A stretch of 58,984 nucleotides of DNA, filler included, from Sluysia triapertura (lineage: Eukaryota), in the NCBI GenBank assembly GCA_046118255.1. It is 5 parts of 5 records of this genome, joined end to end, with 100 filler letters (N's around TTAATTAATTAA, not from the genome) between each part and the next. Parts side by side here need not be neighbours in the genome. Positions count along the whole stretch, not along the records: positions 35,323 to 47,717 come from JBJNIA010113089.1; positions 47,818 to 58,984 come from JBJNIA010188000.1; 3 more parts are not named here. One strand, given 5' to 3'. Position numbers and translations under genes: made by a program. Positions 43,351-56,383 of the stretch are shown here, in pieces. How positions within the stretch are numbered: the stretch's first letter is position 1; the number at the start of each line of letters is the position of its first letter. The notes beneath the pieces are model-generated. The model worked only from the letters and a program-made list of their open reading frames with translations. It did not search any database and was not told the DNA's origin.

Positions 43351-43499
43351 CTCTACTTGATATTATCGAATATACGGGATCTGAAAGCAATGCAAGTGTG
43401 CGAGCTGCTATGAAACGAAGTTTTCTTAGACAAGAAAAACGTAATCAATTAAAAAAAAGCAGATTATCTATTGAAAGAAAAATTGAGGATGAAAGAATG
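43351..43499 (+). CDS. Next exon of the same gene (ALLDIIEYTGSESNASVRAAMKRSFLRQEKR...EDERM)
   Basis: aatttag| acceptor, |gtagtt donor, open frame; overlaps ORF 43338-43550. Confidence 0.7.
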
Positions 43500-43568
43500 G
43501 TAGTTAATTTTTTTTGGAATTATTATTTACTTATAATACTCAATAAATAATTTTTGCATTTTAATTAG

Positions 43569-43589
43569 ACAAAAACTGAAACCATTTAA
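43569..43589 (+). CDS. Probable terminal coding exon (TKTETI*)
   Basis: 69-bp intron with ttaattag| acceptor, in-frame TAA. Confidence 0.45.
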   Translation, partial: TKTETI

Positions 43590-44439
43590 AAGAATAAGTG
43601 AAAATAGTACAAATTAAAGAATTAATATTTTGTGATTTTATCATTATTTAATTTTTGCTATAGAAAGTGACAAAAATAATTTTTCATATTAGCGAATGTG
43701 ACAAATGATATAATGTATTTAATCTATTAAGCTTTGAGTAATCTGGTGTTGTCTAGTTCTTTTTCTTAACTTAATCGAATTTTATTTGTTAATTGCCTAT
43801 CATCATATTTCAGATACATATTCGAAGTTTTAAACAATATATCGAAAATTTTGATTTTTAGGAACCTGTAAAATACTAATATATAACATTTTTTGGAATG
43901 ATCGTTAAAAAATTAATCTTTTAAGACTTATTAGTCATAAATGAATGAATTTTATTAGAGAATTTGAGTGAAACGGTAATATTTTTATTATGAAAAATTT
44001 CTTATCTTATGAAAGATGTAATTTTTGTTTTTAATATTAAAAACTTATTTTATGAAATTAATACCTAAGAATATTCGAGATACCAATTTTGGGAAGTAAT
44101 ATGTTTGATTAATGAATTCGAATGTTTAGTTATAGTACTTGATATCTATATTATGACTGAAATAATGTTGAGCCGAATGGAGATGGAATTGAAATTGATA
44201 TGATAGTTGACTTACATAGTCATTGAAGGTGTATTGAATACTTTTAATATTGTCAAATTCATGTTCTAGATACTACTCGAAATTACTTTTACATGTATTC
44301 CATTGAAGAAAACTTGTATCATTACTACTTATAATTGAAATCGTTTCTTGTAATTGTTATCCTTTTTGATAGCGTTCATAAAGATAACCATATATTTTGT
44401 TCAATTCGAAAACCGGGTCTTGATACTTGAGGAGAGTTT

Positions 44440-45080
44440 ATTTCAACACCCATCCTGCATTTAACTTTATCGGAATTTACTATTAAATTTATTTGATCGT
44501 TTCTGTTCATTTTTTGCTATTTCTTGAATTTGAGAGCACAATAAAAATATTTATATTAATGGGAAAATTATCCACCCTATAATGGCAATAAAAACAACGA
44601 ACATTAATTAACGAATAACGCAAATAAGTATTATAAAAACATTAAACATGCTTAGAGAGTTCTTTTTATAATCCATCACTCGATAAGCCAAAAATGTTTT
44701 GTTTACCATTAAACAATGACTTTCATTAATCACTGTGCCAACATACAACATTCGTAGCTCTGCCTTCAACCTTAAAATTAAGCATAACTTCTGGTGCCAG
44801 ATACAACAGAACTGTTGTATATTCAGTCTTCATATCCATGCTAATTCGAAATTGCATTTCTCGAGATCAAAATTATAGTCAACTAATAAAATTTGAAGCC
44901 ATAGTGCCGAATGAATTTATTTTAATATCAAATATTTCAAAAAACTAGATTATTTGGAAGAATCTTCATCTAATTCAATTAAATTTTCTACCATGCTGCT
45001 ACAATTTATTTTTAGGCAATATTATATTCGACGTATTAGGTTTTAAACAGAAAAAATCGTGACAAAAACTATTTCTATCC
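44440..45080 (-). pseudogene. Decayed intronless Ser/Thr kinase (CAMK/MARK-like) pseudogene
   Basis: Colinear fragments KILPNNLVF (catalytic loop-like), DIKINSFG (DFG-like) and LYLAPEVMLNFKVEGRATNV (YxAPE...GxxxDVW). Many frameshifts. Confidence 0.5.
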
Positions 45081-46949
45081 ACCTTAAATACAAGAATGAA
45101 GTCTTCCTGATTAAATTCATTCCAAATATTCAAAAAATTTAGTTTCATGTTTAATGATGAATTCAGAAACTGTGTTTAGATTTAACTGATAGGACTTTAA
45201 ATGGTTTAAATAACATTAAGACTGACAGTGATGGTAATAATTCATAAAAATTGGTAAAATAATGAGGTAATTCAGAAATTTATTTTTCATTACTTTGAAA
45301 TAATCCTGATTGGTATATAACAGTTGAGTGTTACAAATAAATCTCATAATTAATTGAAACTCGAAATATTTTTCTAAAATATCAGAAATTTAAAGTTATT
45401 TTAATCTATTCTAATTCCAATTTTCTAACTGCCATTTTTAATTTTCATTTTTTCAACTACTCTAATTTTAGCATACAAATTGTTGTTATGTTTGCTCCAA
45501 CGATATTCATATTTCATTGATTAGTCAGAAAAATTCTAATTGAAAACATTATGTAATCACAAATCCATCGTTTTGTCACGATTTGTGATTGCATAATTTA
45601 GATGGCGAAATTATTATTATTATTTTTTCTTTAACTTCGTTGAATTCCTATAACTCACATGATCTTGCATAAATAACATATTATATCTTATCTAGATCTG
45701 ATATAGAATGGTTTGCTAAATAAAGTTATGAGTTGAATGGATGAGATTTTGTTTATAGAATAAAGTAAAACTTATAGGAGAGTCCAACAACGTACTAGGT
45801 TTACCGGTCAGGGCTAGTCGTTGGATTTTAATTAAGAGTTTTATTTGAAGGTTAAAACTTTTTGATGCTCACTGTTGACTTAGTTACAAAGTGCTTTTAG
45901 CTTAATGAAATGAAATCTGGAGGTTACAAAATTTTTATAACTTTATTATAGGTTATACGAGAATCCTATGAAAAATATTTATATAAATTGATTTTTCGAA
46001 TCAGAATGAAATTCTGATAAAACTTCTATGCGTGAGCTATTTTAGGATTTTTGAAACTGTGGAAATTATTATTTAAAATTTAGAACACTCAAAAGTTGTT
46101 AACTTTATATTTCAAAAAACGAACAACACAAGATAAAAATTAATGACAAAAATTTAGTAATAATAATAATAGATAATTAATTTACAAAAATTAACTGTTA
46201 GTTAATTTAATTTAATTTAGTTTACGTGGAAGCCATTAAACGGTTCCAAATATTATTAGAAATTGATTTTACCTGTATTTTTCGGATGATACTTACAAGT
46301 ATCAACCTTACACAAATAAACTAAAATTTTGTTTAGCAAAATAGATGAGCAGATTGTTGGATTTTAACTGTTTTATGTCTACGCGGTGATAGAAAACTAT
46401 GTCCAGAGAGATCGAAATAAAAATTGAGTTGTGTTCAAAATTGTAAGAATATTTATAGGTCTTTTTGTTGACCTTGAATGTGTAAAACAAAAATTTTTGA
46501 TTTCGAAATTGTTTTTTCAAAAATTATAATTTTTAATTATTTATAAAATTGATTATAAAAATTAATAAAAACTATTTACCTTTTAACTAATAAAATTCCA
46601 CAATTAATATTTTTACAAAAATCAATCTTTAAAATGGACACAAATAAATCAATATTATATCAATATTTGTACAAATTATTTTATTACAAGTTATAACAGG
46701 TATAAATTTTGGCTTGCCATTTGAATCCAACTTGCTAATATGTGATGTCACATCTTTGTTCGTATATGCATGATAATGTTTCTTGATTTTCTTTGATTAA
46801 ATAAGGACGTTTTGCTGAATTTTGACACCTAAAAAACTATTTTAAGAACATAAAAAATCATTTTAATTTGTAACAGCAACAAAATGTATTATATATTAAT
46901 AAAAATTTACTAATTTATTTTCGTTGTATTTAAAAATAGAAACAAAACT

Positions 46950-47300
46950 AAATTCGCGAGAAGTTAGAAGTTAATGATGATGAGATGATGTTGATGCTGG
47001 ATGGTTTGAAGTAGAATAATATAAGAACGAATTAGTTTAATGAATGATGTGAGTTGTTTGACTGTTAAATTGATTATATTCCGAGTTTATAAAAAAACTA
47101 TTTGATGATTTATTTCAGGTAGTTATGGTTAAAGGTTTTACTGTTAAGTCTTCTTGTTTGAAATTTAGTGAATTTAGTAAATAAATTGAATTTTATTTTG
47201 TGAAATGGTGTTATTTGATGATCATAAAGCATATACATTTGAAGTTATTTTGTAAATTAGATTACGTTATTAAAATTAAGGGTTATGTTAAATGGTTTAT
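46950..47300 (-). mobile_element. Possible Penelope-like RT remnant
   Basis: QEDLTVKP and FLYYSTSNHP resemble the Penelope IxIKPADKG and YLxxxSxHP motifs. A similar weak fragment lies at ~45690-45900. Confidence 0.3.
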
Positions 47301-47717
47301 GAATAGTAACGGTTAAGATTCGAAATTATATTATGTGTTTTATGAATTCTGGAGTGTTCACGTAATTTTCGAGCCATTGATGGAGAAGACGTAAACTGAG
47401 CTATCACATTTTATACATTTATTATTATCGCTTCTAAATTGGCCATTTATTTTATAAAATTATTAAATGCAAGAAAATCAACATTTAGCTATTTTGGTAC
47501 TGTTTAGAGAGCTTATCTAAAATATTTAATAAAATCCTGTATAATAATAATATAAGGTAAAATAAAATTATTGTTTTAAAAATCAAAAATTATTTAAAAA
47601 TTAAAAAGTAACAATAAAAATAAAAATATTAGAATTAATAATTGCAATTATAGAATAATTAATATTAATCTCATGATTGGCGACTAAATGATAACTAGTA
47701 GAAATTGACGGAATTAA

Positions 47718-47817
47718 NNNNNNNNNNNNNNNNNNNNNNNNNNNNNNNNNNNNNNNNNNNNTTAATTAATTAANNNNNNNNNNNNNNNNNNNNNNNNNNN
47801 NNNNNNNNNNNNNNNNN
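47718..47817. other. Artificial scaffold spacer
   Basis: 44N-TTAATTAATTAA-44N. Confidence 0.97.
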
Positions 47818-48359
47818 ATATTATATGATATCATATAAATCACTGATATGAAGACAACTAATTGCCATTCTTATATATAAGTGTTGTGATTTCGATGATT
47901 TTCTGTAATTATTTAGTAATTTTTGAAATTAGATGGCATCAACATCATTACAATATTAGGTTGCTATCTTTGGATGCTGAGTTTGAGTGGTACTCATTTT
48001 TTATTGTTTAAATAAGTTTCTCTGATCGCGATGAGATTTCTTTGGGTAATATTCATCACCAAAGTGTTGGCTGATGCCCATAGTTTCTTCGCATGTATAA
48101 CCATGGTAACCACAGTATTGTAGGTATGCAAAACAATATTATATATGAATTATACAAGTAGGGTCGATTTTCTGATTAAGTGATGCAACTTATATACGCC
48201 GCGATGATATTTCTGAAGTCTAATTTATACATCGCAAATACCCTAAATATAATAGGCTCATTCCCACCAATCAAAGCTAATTATTAAAAACAATTTCCAT
48301 TTACTAATACTAGTAGATACGAATATGTAATATTATTCACAATACAGTTCGAATCTAAC

Positions 48360-48513
48360 CTCTCCAAGGACATCCCAGAAGTGCAAATCTAAGGCACACT
48401 TCCATTTTTCGATGCGGGCTACTCGATAAAGGATAGAGTCGAAATTTTTCTACAATTATTGTCTTTATGTTTATTCGATTCTGACTTCTGGCATCTTGGT
48501 TAGCTTCCAGGAT
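48360..48513 (-). CDS. DDR: Discoidin domain exon (ILEANQD...FRLYP...VCLRFALLGCPWR)
   Basis: AG/GT boundaries; matches DDR VCLRVELYGCxW. Not in the ORF track. Confidence 0.9.
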
Positions 48514-49252
48514 CTGAATAAATTAATTACTGTTTACATCGTAAGAAGAAATGACAACTCTTTTCCTAGTCGTCGTCAGTGAATAAAGATCAAATATGAC
48601 AACCTTTCTTAATTGTTCTCACAACCTCTTCATCGAAATAAATGCGTTGTCAAACAAGCTTTATAATTATAATTATTTGCAATAAACATATTTTACATGC
48701 AGCATATTTTTCAAGTCAATAAGCTCCACACAGACACTAACCCTACAGCTTTGGCAGTACGAATATAGCAAAACGTGATTTTTGAGATTGTCCAAAGATA
48801 TTACACAGATTTTATTGGTTTCGATTTATCCAATAAAATCTGTAAATTTTAGAATTTTCCAATGAAAAATTGAATAATTTATTTAATATTCACAGTCACA
48901 AATTTAGAATTTCGAAAAAAATGATTGACGAAGGTTTATAATATAGAGCGATTATTGTAAACAATACAATGGAAATAGGATCCATATGTATTGTTGTATT
49001 CAAAGTATCATAATTCTAAAATTCGATATGCATGTTTGTGTTATCGAAATTAGTGCGGCTCACAGTTGATTGATAAGATATTCTGTTGTGCTTGTTCAAC
49101 ATGAAAATGTGAGCCCAAATCATTATGTTGTTGCATTGCGGATGTTAATCATTGATTGATTCACAAGTTTGTACAGTAACAACTAATTTATATTAACAAC
49201 TAGACATGTGTGCGTGTTGTGTCATGTCGCTCAACTAAACTATTAAACTAAC

Positions 49253-49330
49253 CGACACATTGTTGTTAATGTAATCTATCCAATGACCATCGCGGAAGTA
49301 TTTGATTTTCAATTTCGGTGTGTACAGGTC
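49253..49330 (-). CDS. DDR: Discoidin domain exon (DLYTPKLKIKYFRDGHWIDYINNNVS)
   Basis: AG/GT, phase 0/0; YxRDGxxW motif. Not in the ORF track. Confidence 0.88.
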
Positions 49331-49518
49331 CTGAATCGAATAGTAAATTTAATAAAGAGACACTTGTTGACTCGACTAATCTAATGAATACTACAGAATA
49401 TATTACTACTACGACTACTACTACCACCACCACTACCATCTTACCACTACCATCTTATTCTTATTCGTATTAGTATGCATTCGATTTTGAGTAAGTTTCA
49501 AAGTGAAATATTGCTTAC

Positions 49519-49805
49519 CGAAGAAGAGGACCCTTTTCCAGCCGTGAATAGCAGCTCAATCATCATGAGACGTTTCAGAAAATCAATCTCAATCCATTCG
49601 CTGCCGGACATACTCACAGAAACATTAGGACACCACGCCCCGGTCCCGCTTCCTTCGGACTGATACATAGGATTCATGAAGTCGGTAATCAGGCCGTAGA
49701 TTGGACCTGTACGAGGGTTTAAATAACTACTGGCATCCAAACTGTACTGGCAATCTGTGCATGTAGCACTACTCAACAAGCTGTCCTTGCAGTTATCTCG
49801 AACAT
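49519..49805 (-). CDS. DDR: Discoidin (F5/8 type C) domain exon, DDR-like receptor
   Basis: ttgtttag| acceptor, |gtaagc donor. VRDNCKDSL...LDASS...GTGAWCP...EWIEIDF...FTAGK; GxGAWCP is the DDR-type signature. Symbol is family-level only. Confidence 0.88.
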
Positions 49806-49838
49806 CTAAACAAGAAATAAATCATTAAAAATTTATTA

Positions 49839-49893
<55 letters not shown>

Positions 49894-51959
49894 TATAAAA
49901 ATCTTTATTTAAATATCAATATTATTATCCACATCGCGTATTGCCTTCTTTATATTTTCGAAATTCACCAGCCGACTAGTAATTATTGCTCTCTCATTCG
50001 ACACTACTAATTTGGTGAATTCCGACAGAAAGGTCGGACGATCAGAAGAGATTTTCAGTTAATTATAAAGATAAATAATCGTGTTTCGGAATGCAGCATC
50101 TTTTTTCATGGTCATACTATTTTCAAGGGCATCGTTAATAAGAATAAAGATGAATTAATAATTTTATGAACAATCGACATCGGTAATTGTGTACTCGATT
50201 TTAAATGATCGATTTTTTGATCTGTGTTAAACACAATAAGCAGAAATGTTGCGCGTGCATCAGTAAAATTCATGATGACGTAAGCTAAGTAAATATTTAT
50301 TCATTCTTCAAATTGAATACGAAATTGTTAATAAGTAATATACTGAGACAAATGTTTTGGTGTGTCATAGCAGCTAATAATAACGATAATAATAATGTGA
50401 GAAATTTTTAAATTTAAAATAAATCTAAAATATCTTGGTATTACTGAAGGTTCAAGAGGAAGAGCTTAAATTAAAACACAACATAAAAAGAAGCCAAAAA
50501 CACGTAGTGATCTACAGCACTTAATTAACAGGTGGAAAATGTTGCGAATTAAACTGATGCAATGTAATAATGAAGAAAGGTACGATGTTAGTAGAATTCA
50601 ACAAACCAATGATAATTACATATTCCATGCGGTCTCTCTGAGACTATTCGTAATTATTTACACGGTCTGCTCATAAAAGAAGTGTTTCATATTTGTGTGT
50701 CACGAACTTACTAGAACTAACTCTGGCTTCAGAAACGAGTTCAGCATTAACTTGGGCCATACAGACACTGATGCGACCTGTTTACAGCGAGGTACCACAG
50801 TAACACTGCATCTACAAGTAAGAGGCTTAGGTTGATTGTCGCCAGTTGAAGTTTAAATAGATAAATTTTTATTACAGTACATAAAATTGTAATATAAAAT
50901 ATAAATTTAGTATTTTATTGATTTTCTGAGTTTTTCAATACCTCTACACATTTCAATCTTTCCCAAGTATCCAATACTGTATTTTTTAACTCAAAAAATG
51001 GAAAAGTATTGCCAAAAAGTTAACAGATCAAGACATGTGATATCCAATTATTTGGATAATAGTTATAAAAAGCAACGGAAACAGGTTTATTCGATACATT
51101 TATAAATTCTAGCTCACTTCGATTAACAAGGAATGTGGCAACGAATTTTTTACATTCATTGTTTTTTGAGATTTTATAAATTAAAATCGATCATTTTTCA
51201 TGAGGCATCGATATTTTTAGCGAGCAATAAATTTTTTTCTTTAATAATATCAAATAAAGGTCACAACGTGCTAATTATTTTAATTAATTTTAAAAAATTA
51301 ATTTAATTAATTATGTTATTGAATTTTTGACAAATAACATTACATAAAATCTTGTATGTCACATGTATGAAAGAGGAATAGCATAACTTATCAAAGTTCT
51401 CGTCAAACTTCAAATACGTTATTCCACATGTTGTATCGCTTGTAAGTAAATAACTAATGTATTATTTTTTAAATAAATTTTTTACACAGTTCTTTATTGT
51501 GTAATTTTGATTTTTTGTCTTTTTTACTATTTTTTAATTCTCAGTAAATTTGTACATTCTTGTATGAAATGGCTCTGGACTGATTGGGTAAATAAAATCA
51601 TTTTAATATTGGCTAAATGTTAAAGATAATAAAGGATAATAAATATATAGTCTATAAAGTATAGTCTATACACTGAATCCTTCGAATTAAAAAAGTTTTC
51701 GAGAATGGCTCATTTTTTAAACAAGAGCACCTTTAATAACATCGGCGACGTAAAAATGGCTATGAAAAACTATGCTTTGAAAATTTTCTAAAAAGAATTT
51801 TATTAAAAGAAAAAAGAAAGATGACAATTAACGCCCAAGAAAAACGCAGAAGAAGGAACAATGTAATTTTGATAATAATTCCAAATATTTTAGCATTATT
51901 TTTAGAACAATGCTATTATTTTTGTGTTTGACATTTTTTCATCATCAAACTTCATAAGT

Positions 51960-52482
51960 TATACTTTATTATTGTAAGATCATTTGGAATTCAAAAATGT
52001 GTTTTTCTTTGGCTTTATTAATATTTGCTAGCCTGGCAGCTTGGAAACTCTCCAGATATGAATCCCATAGAAAATCTGTGAGAGATTGTCAAAAGGAAAG
52101 TTTCAACCACCAGGACAGAACTTATTGAAACCCTGATAAAAGTATGGCATCACGATGACGAGATCAAAGACTTGTGCTCCAAGCTGATTCGTGGCATGTC
52201 TTTAAGGATCAGGAAATTATTGGATAACAAAGTACTGACACAACAGTTTGTACATATTTGATTTGTAGTAAATTGTGTTATCACATTCTACATAAATAAA
52301 ATTTATCTATGTTTTGGATCTCAGTATTTTATCTATTATTTTACTGTCACCAGAATTTGTTGGATGAAGTAGTAATTATATGTTTTATACACTTTGATTA
52401 ATAGTTTCATAGTTTGCTTGGAATATGTTGAATTTTATCACAAAATGTTAGTCTGTAGTCTAATAATTTGGCCACTACTCTA
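51960..52482 (+). mobile_element. Tc1-like 3' fragment, same family as 31555-32087
   Basis: GNSPDMNPIENL..IVK; shared 3' UTR and TIR taataatttggccact. Confidence 0.88.
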
Positions 52483-52807
52483 CAGTAAGGTGTATTCATA
52501 GAAAATTAGGTCGAAAAACAATTGACCCAATATTGACCAATGGAGTTTCTAGAAGCTGACTGTGCATCAGAAATTGAATATCATTGGCGAATCGATTTGC
52601 ACAAGTCAGAACATTATTTTTAATGAATAAAATTCTGCTGATTACATTCCATTCAGAAAACAACATACATTTTTCATTTGAAAATAAAAGAATAAGAAAA
52701 AATACAAAAAAATATACAAAATACAAAATAAAAACAAGAAGATAAAAAGATGACTGAGAACAACCTGAGTAGGATATAATAATAATATGATATAATAATA
52801 ATAATAA

Positions 52808-52838
<31 letters not shown>

Positions 52839-53144
52839 AATATATTAGTGATTCATTTTTCAGTGCACACATGCACGATCTCCTCCATTATTCTGCCAGT
52901 GTGTTCCGTAGCCATTCCAATATTGGCGAGTAAATTAATAACGATTTAAAATGATAACTTTGAATATTGAAGTAAAGATGAAAGAACGATATTATTATGA
53001 GATTCAGGAGATCTATTTTATTGAGAGGCTTTACTCGTTTCTTTATGACTCATTTTACTTTAATAAATCATCCAATCAGAAATAACAATTATTGATATAG
53101 TTAATTTTTCAAATTTTAAAATTATTCACTTTCAATCTACATTT

Positions 53145-53460
53145 ATTAATATTATTATCATTATTATGATTATAATTATTATTTATTATCATTATTATTA
53201 TAAATATTATCATTATTAATATCGTTATTGTCATTATTATTATTATTATTATCATTACTATTATCAATATTATCATTACTATTATTAATATTATCACTAT
53301 TATTATCATTATTATTACCATTATCAATATATTATCATTATTATCATCATTATTATTATTACCATTATCATTATTATCATCACTATTATTATCATTATTA
53401 TCATCACTATTATTATCATTATTATTATTATCATTATTATCATTACTATCATCATCATTT
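53145..53460. repeat. (ATT/ATC)n low-complexity tract
   Basis: Direct reading; source of spurious poly-I/L/Y/H ORFs. Confidence 0.92.
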
Positions 53461-54933
53461 TACAATTCATAAATTCTTATGATTCTAATAATCTGAGAAA
53501 TCCAAATCGTCATCATCAATGATCACACACAGCTAATACAATAGCATGTCCATGAATGTTATATATACAAGTATTCCTAGTCCCCAATATCAATCCATGC
53601 ACACTGATATCTCCATGTAAACACGACATATACACACCACAAGCACGTGTTCGAATCAAATCGATCAAACTGAATTCCGAAGTGCTATGTGGACATCATT
53701 TAAAATATCAATACACTAGTCATTTATAATATATGTTTGAGATGATTGATGTTATTTTCAATATTTACATGGTGCACCTCGTCACCTCACACAGGAACCG
53801 CATCCTGTGTGCATGTCATTGTATTTCTAGTTTTGTGTGGCTCAAATAATTAATTATTAAATAGTGGACAAATCTTGCAATACAAAAATTCGATTCAGTC
53901 CAGAAAATACGAGTGGCGCAACAGAAAATATATATTATGTGGTAAGAGTAAAGAACGAAGAAAAAGTCAGTGTTCATGACTAGAATGATTCATAGATATT
54001 TGACTTCACGGAAGCCATGAAGGACTGACAAATGAAATTCTGCAATTAATTGAGTGGACAAAAACATGAAGAGTGTTTAGAAATGATTGAGAACCATTGA
54101 AATAGTGAAACAGGTTGCCAGGGTGTCAAGAAAATATATTGTTCTTAGTATTTCAAAAATAATTCAACGAGTACAACTTGGACTCGAAATTGGTAGCGCG
54201 ACGGAATGCTGTGTTGTGTTGTGTTGCGTCACACATGCATGATTGCGTCAGAAAAGTGCTCGATCTAGATTGTGTGTGTCTTCTTGGAAATTCGAAAAAA
54301 AAGCGAAATATATTATAAATTCACATTTATTTACAACCAGCTGAACGATATTCTACAGAAATCAGTCATAATGCGAACTCGCACTTGAGAGTAATATCAT
54401 CATAGAAAATTTTTATGTTTACCACCGCACCGCACCACACCACAATCGCAACATCAATTCATTTATTCACAACTGTGTTTGTTTACATAAACAATCATGT
54501 TTTATTTGTTTACTTACTTCTTTGATTATCTGCAGCAAAAAGTTATGTTTACCCATTCATATTCGAAATTATTATCATTAGTAATGATCGGTACAACATT
54601 TAAATATTGAAGATGTAATTAAAATAATTGTTTCAGAAATTAATCTACCATCATGCCTTTATTTAAATATATTATTGAGGACAACGGAAATTGGATTTAC
54701 AGCAATACAAGAAAATGGGTCATATACTTTCGTGTAATAATTAATTATGTTTCATTGTCTTCNNNNNNNNNNNNNNNNNNNNNNNNNNNNNNNNNNNNNN
54801 NNNNNNNNNNNNNNNNNNNNNNNNNNNNNNNNNNNNNNNNNNNNNNNNNNNNNNNNNNNNNNNNNNNNNNNNNNNNNNNNNNNNNNNNNNNNGAGGTGCC
54901 ACTTGGTATGGTTGACTATTCTAATCTGAAAAT

Positions 54934-55020
54934 TATTAGACGAGGCTGATAGAGCATTCGAACTGCGCACGAGAGGTCCCGGGTTCGATCCCCGATCAGT
55001 CCATTTTATGAAGTCTAACA
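54934..55020 (+). mobile_element. tRNA-Ala-like element copy C (D-loop deleted)
   Basis: tattagacgaggctgatagagcattcgaactgcgcacgagaggtcccgggttcgatccccgatcagtccattttatgaagtctaaca. Confidence 0.85.
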
Positions 55021-56383
55021 TCATCATCACCATCATTTTCATCAACTCATTCTTTTACCATCATCATCACAATTATCACCATTATTATCATTATCGTCAT
55101 CATTATCATCATAACACTTATTATTACCATCATCATCATCATCAAATTAGACTTGTCTCTATGACACGTTTTTACTGAATCACAATTTAATACACTTTCC
55201 AGTGTAATAGCGCAACCATGTGGCCGTGAACCTTCTCTTTAATAGTCTAATGTATCTTGTGTCAATTATTAGACCATGTTTGTTTGTACAGCAGAATTAA
55301 AAATAAAATTTCAAGTCAGTACCAAATGTATTTATTTTCGCACGATCTTCAGTGTCACAACAATTTGTGCAACTCAAACTGATCGTAATCACATAATCGC
55401 TTTACAAAACATTACTTTAATGATGACGACGATCATGGCAACAACAATAACAGCAACAATGATGATGATGATGATAATAATAATGTTAGTGATAATGATA
55501 ATATGAAGAAGATGATATTGATGATAATAATGATGGTAATGACGATGATGATGATAATTAAGATGATAATGATGATGATAATGACGACGACAATGGTGAC
55601 AATAATGTACAAGTATTATATTTTTTAGAAAATCATATGCAGTTATAACAGTTTAATCCCAACAAGTGTGTCAGACCTTATTCCTTATAAATAAGACAAA
55701 TAATTCCTTAGTAAACATGAATTCAAATACGAAGATTAATAATCTGTTTCTTACCAGTAGCCTTGGCTACAACTAATTATGAAATTCTCAATCAAAACAC
55801 ACACACAGACACAATTCATCAAATACTTTGCATTCGTTCCAGATATTTAAAATCAAATCAATATTAAATGTGAATTAGCATATCTCTGTGTATATGTTTC
55901 AATATCCAAGTGAAAATACTGAGTAAAGCATTTTGTCCGCAAANNNNNNNNNNNNNNNNNNNNNNNNNNNNNNNNNNNNNNNNNNNNNNNNNNNNNNNNN
56001 NNNNNNNNNNNNNNNNNNNNNNNNNNNNNNNNNNNNNNNNNNNNNNNNNNNNNNNNNNNNNNNNNNNNNNNNNNNNNNNNNNNNNNNNNNNNNNNNNNNN
56101 NNNNNNNNNNNNNNNNNNNNNNNNNNNNNNNNNNNNNNNNNNTTATTATGATAATATTGTCGTTGTGTATTGAAAGTGTGTTGCACCTATCCATTCACAG
56201 TGTTTCTTGATTTTATTATTACTAAAAATTAATTCTGTTATACGGTGGAATAGTTTGTTTTCATTATAATTCAGCTCGTTTGTTGAGAACTTTAATTTCA
56301 TTTCGAATGTCAAAAATATCTGCATATTACTGTTGGGGTACAGGCCTAACAATGACGAATAATTGACTACAATAAAACAAATT

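Noticed and set aside
48700-48839. Extra discoidin exon after tttacag acceptor
   Set aside because: In-frame stop after 12 codons; the true next exon is 48360-48513.
54934-55020. Functional canonical tRNA-Ala gene
   Set aside because: Every copy has a deletion, insertion or truncation, and the anticodon loop lacks U33; reported as a tRNA-derived element instead.
55755-55830. Signal-peptide exon for the DDR-like gene
   Set aside because: The open frame ends in phase 2, incompatible with the phase-1 start at 49805.
54653-56194. ORFs spanning N runs (also 27931, 35441)
   Set aside because: Their length comes from gap characters.
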